In this document: positions 34,143 through 37,182 of the stretch, in pieces
How positions within the stretch are numbered: position 1 is the stretch's first letter
Layout: each line of letters begins with the position of its first letter
IMG/VR virus record: IMGVR_UViG_3300027653_000005
Coordinates: 1-37,182 of that record
Reading direction: 5' to 3' (one strand)
Length of the DNA: 37,182 nt
Source of the DNA: a virus
Taxonomy: Duplodnaviria > Caudoviricetes
Position numbers and translations under genes: made by a program
Notes under the pieces: model-generated
Database searches by the model: none
The model's input: the letters and a program-made list of their open reading frames with translations, nothing else
What the model was told of the DNA's origin: nothing

Positions 34143-37100
34143 TACACACCCACCGCGCTTTCAAGATTCTGAATACGCGGAATCAACGACCGCTCAATCG
34201 CACCCAACATCCGCTCCGCCAAGCCCTCCTCATACGACCGAATAGCCGACCGAGACGCCTGATCCGTGAGACTCTCAACCTGCAACGCAGAGTTAATCAC
34301 CACATTAATACTAAAACTCGACACGCCACGAGCCTGCGCACCCGCAGCCCGCTGCCGCTCCCGCTCCGCCTCCGCCTGCCGCCCCTGATTACCCTGAATA
34401 AGACCAGCAATCCCACCCAGTAGCGACGTACCAACACCAATCCACGGCACCGCAGCCGCTAAAGACCCACCAATCGCACCGAACAAGCTCGAAGCGAACC
34501 CGCCGACACCGCTAATAATCCCCGAAGCACTTCCGGATTGAATCGACTCAAAAAGACCCAACAGAGACTCACCAGCCGACTGAACATAAGATGCAAACTC
34601 TTGCCCCGACAACCGCGCCGCACCCGTCATCTCATCACGCTGCTTCTGCAACGACTCCAACCGCTCTTGCGCCGCATCGCGCTCACCTTGCGTCACCGCG
34701 TACCGGAACTCCTCCCCAGCAATACGAATATCCTCATCAAGACCCGCTAACGTGCCTGACAAGTCAAACCCGCCACCAATATGGTCAGTACCCAGCGGCA
34801 CGGAACGCCCAACGGATGCACTCACCGTCGGAGACGGCAACGCACGCATCACGAAATCATCCACACTCGGAGAAATAACTAAATCCTGCGTCGTGCTACG
34901 CCGCCAAGCCTCTTGAATCAACCAACGATTGCGACCACTCGCCGCACCCGCCCTCATGCCATCAGACGGGCCAAGAACCTCGGCGGCCATCATTTGAGCT
35001 ACACGATCCGGGTCATACATCTCTGCAACGTACGCAGCATACGCACGCGCATCTTCCCTATCTTTCTCCGCCCGCTCTTTCGTGTACCTCGCACCCCGAG
35101 CCTGCCGCGCATCTTCCCTATCTTGCGCAAACGTTTCTTGCATCACACGTTGCACGGCCTCTTCCCACGGCGATAAAAACTCCGCCGCAACATCCGGAGC
35201 AAGCGACACCGCGCCCGGCTGCCTAAATATCCACGCAATCGCCGCCGCAACAATCTCATCACCCGTAATCGCTGCTAAGTGATCCGCCGAACCGTACTCA
35301 CCAATCTCAATCATCCACCGGCGAAACTCCGCAAAATCTTGCCCGAGTGGTATCAACTCATTCAACGCTTCCGCCGGAGTCATCAACCCGACCGTGACTA
35401 GCTCTATAATCTCCGCAACGCGAGCATCAACATCCGCCACGGCGCGCTCCACAGCCGTCTGTACAGGCTCTGGGGTACCCGGCGTACCACCAGTGCCCGG
35501 AGCACCCGGCGGTGGCGTAGGAGCAGGCGTACCCGTCGACCTAGGCGTACGAGTACCCTGCACTAACTCATACGCATGTTGCACCGCGTCGCGATACTCA
35601 AGTAAAACACTCAACACGTTCGACGTAGCCGGGCCGCCACTCTCAAGCAAATCGACGATGCCATCAATAACGCCCAGCGCCCCGGCGAAATCACCATGCT
35701 GTAATCGAGCAATAACCTCAAGGTCAGCACCACGAATCGCCGCATCCCCATACATCGACGCACCACCAGCACGAAGCGCATCAAGCGGACTGGCCACACC
35801 AAACTGTGAACGCACCATGCCTGACAACGTCGTACCCAACTCAATCGCTAACAGTGCCTCCGCCGCATTCTCTGCCTCGGTCACGATATGCGTGAGCATG
35901 CCACGAATCATCACGAACGACTCCCGAGCCTTGCCACTCAACGTTTCCGCCAACGCATCAAACCGAGCTTCCATCGTGCCCAGTGGATCCTCCGACGCAG
36001 CCGCCGCACGAGTAATATCATCAAGCAACCCTGGCAACGGCTCCAAAGCCTTATCCGCATCACCCGCCGCCTTCATAAGCGCCGAGAACCCAATCGCAGC
36101 AATACCCAGCACGCCAGCAGGGCCAGCAAGCCCACCCATCGCAGTATTCAACGTGTTAAACCCCGTCGTGAGAACCGGCAACAAATTCCGAAGCGTACCA
36201 AGACCAAGCAGGAACGGCCCAACCGCCGCAGCCGCAGCCGCCACCGCAGTACCAACAGCCAACACAGGCGATGGAAGGTCAGCCGCAGCCGACACAAGCC
36301 GCGTAAGCACATCAACAAGCGACGTAGCCACACCCAGCAAGCCAGAATCACCAATCGCAATCAACAAGCCCTCTGTGGCGCTCTTTAATCGAGTGAGCGA
36401 CCCACGGAACCCCTCTAATTGCCTATCAGCAATCCGCTCCGCCGTACCACCCGCATTCTCAAGCTCTCGAGTGAACTCACGAATCGCACCCGAACCTTGC
36501 GAAATCAACGCCAACATGCCCGGACCAGCACGATCGCCGAACAACTCCATAATCTCCGCCGACGAAACACCTCGCTCCTCAATTTGAGCCAGAATATCCG
36601 CAAACGGAATCATGTCGCCATTCACGTCACGAACAGTAATACCCCACTTTTTCCCGGCCTCATCCAACCGAGTGAGAATGCCCCTAAGCGTCGTACCCGC
36701 CATCGACCCCTGTATCCCAGCATCAGACAACGCACCAACAGCAGCCGCAGCTTCCTCAAACTGAATACCAAACCCACTCGCAACCGGGCCAACGAACTTC
36801 ATCGCATCACCCAATTGATTCAAATCAGTATTAGCACTCACGAACGCCTTGGTGAGGACATCAACGGTGCCACCAAGGTTTTCCACTTCAATCTGGTACC
36901 CCGTCATGATATTCGTGACAATATCCGCAGCACGTGCTAAATCAAGCTGCGCCGCCGATGCTAATCGCAACGTTGCAGGCATCGCCCCAATAATCTGATT
37001 AGTTTCAAGACCAGCCATTGCAAGGAACGACATGCCATCAGCCGCTTCGGACGCACTAAACACCGTAGTAGCGCCCAATTCCTTGGCAAGGTCACGTAAT

Positions 37101-37182
37101 TGATTAAACTCACGCCCAGTAGCTTGCGTGAGTGCACCAACCTTATTCATGCTTTGTTCGAACGCGCCGGACATGTGTAGTA
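34142..37182 (-). CDS. Tape measure protein (TP901-type core), main part
   Basis: FEQSMNKVGA...LGATTVFSASEAADGMSFLAMAG...GIQGSMAGTTLR; continues from 1..332. Confidence 0.95.
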   Translation of the reverse strand, partial: LHMSGAFEQSMNKVGALTQATGREFNQLRDLAKELGATTVFSASEAADGMSFLAMAGLETNQIIGAMPATLRLASAAQLDLARAADIVTNIMTGYQIEVENLGGTVDVLTKAFVSANTDLNQLGDAMKFVGPVASGFGIQFEEAAAAVGALSDAGIQGSMAGTTLRGILTRLDEAGKKWGITVRDVNGDMIPFADILAQIEERGVSSAEIMELFGDRAGPGMLALISQGSGAIREFTRELENAGGTAERIADRQLEGFRGSLTRLKSATEGLLIAIGDSGLLGVATSLVDVLTRLVSAAADLPSPVLAVGTAVAAAAAAVGPFLLGLGTLRNLLPVLTTGFNTLNTAMGGLAGPAGVLGIAAIGFSALMKAAGDADKALEPLPGLLDDITRAAAASEDPLGTMEARFDALAETLSGKARESFVMIRGMLTHIVTEAENAAEALLAIELGTTLSGMVRSQFGVASPLDALRAGGASMYGDAAIRGADLEVIARLQHGDFAGALGVIDGIVDLLESGGPATSNVLSVLLEYRDAVQHAYELVQGTRTPRSTGTPAPTPPPGAPGTGGTPGTPEPVQTAVERAVADVDARVAEIIELVTVGLMTPAEALNELIPLGQDFAEFRRWMIEIGEYGSADHLAAITGDEIVAAAIAWIFRQPGAVSLAPDVAAEFLSPWEEAVQRVMQETFAQDREDARQARGARYTKERAEKDREDARAYAAYVAEMYDPDRVAQMMAAEVLGPSDGMRAGAASGRNRWLIQEAWRRSTTQDLVISPSVDDFVMRALPSPTVSASVGRSVPLGTDHIGGGFDLSGTLAGLDEDIRIAGEEFRYAVTQGERDAAQERLESLQKQRDEMTGAARLSGQEFASYVQSAGESLLGLFESIQSGSASGIISGVGGFASSLFGAIGGSLAAAVPWIGVGTSLLGGIAGLIQGNQGRQAEAERERQRAAGAQARGVSSFSINVVINSALQVESLTDQASRSAIRSYEEGLAERMLGAIERSLIPRIQNLESAVGV
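37056..37182. repeat. 127-bp exact terminal direct repeat (copy 2)
   Basis: Identical to bases 1-127. Confidence 0.95.

Noticed and set aside
35046-35124. 19-bp direct repeat 60 nt apart (DREDAR twice) and a nearby Pro/Thr/Gly linker in the tape measure protein
   Set aside because: An ordinary intragenic duplication and low-complexity segment in a repetitive protein.
35394-36587. Long plus-strand ORFs opposite structural genes (e.g. 397 aa here) and minus-strand ORFs opposite the ATPase (21264..22280)
   Set aside because: These are antisense shadows of real genes in GC-rich, skewed DNA. They have low-complexity Ser/Ala/Arg translations and no motifs.
37056-37182. Terminal repeat as a biological DTR or att site
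   Set aside because: It is exactly 127 bp and falls inside the tape measure gene, which fits an assembler circular overlap.

Overview
This window appears to be a complete, circularly permuted tailed-phage (siphovirus-like) genome of about 37,055 bp. Bases 1-127 are repeated exactly at 37056-37182, and the tape-measure gene runs through that junction. The minus strand carries the late operon: terS, terL, portal, minor head protein, scaffold, major capsid, head-tail connectors, major tail protein, G/GT chaperones with a lambda-type GGGAAAG -1 frameshift, tape measure, tail-tip proteins, a C-type-lectin receptor-binding protein, and a lysis cassette (GH19 endolysin, holin and two more envelope proteins). 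It also carries a long early operon of small genes (Xis-like HTH, double RHH, antirepressor, HNH, MazG, ssb remnant, truncated N6-MTase). The plus strand carries an AAA-ATPase/RecT/MBL recombination module and a short, strongly promoted operon ending in an HTH gene. I could not recognise an integrase, CI repressor, polymerase, primase, helicase or replication initiator. Weak hints point to a Deinococcota host, which is unproven. Best leads: (1) a Csx16-like (candidate cA4 ring nuclease) domain fused to the phage MBL hydrolase, directly upstream of an acr/aca-like operon; (2) a fossil, RT-less diversity-generating retroelement (VR, hairpin, internally deleted TR); (3) a 22-aa C-terminal motif shared by the head-closure protein and a tail-tip protein; (4) a ~300-nt multi-hairpin non-coding element next to a strand-skew inversion in a genome with no visible Rep. 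All family assignments are from motif recognition by eye, without database searches.
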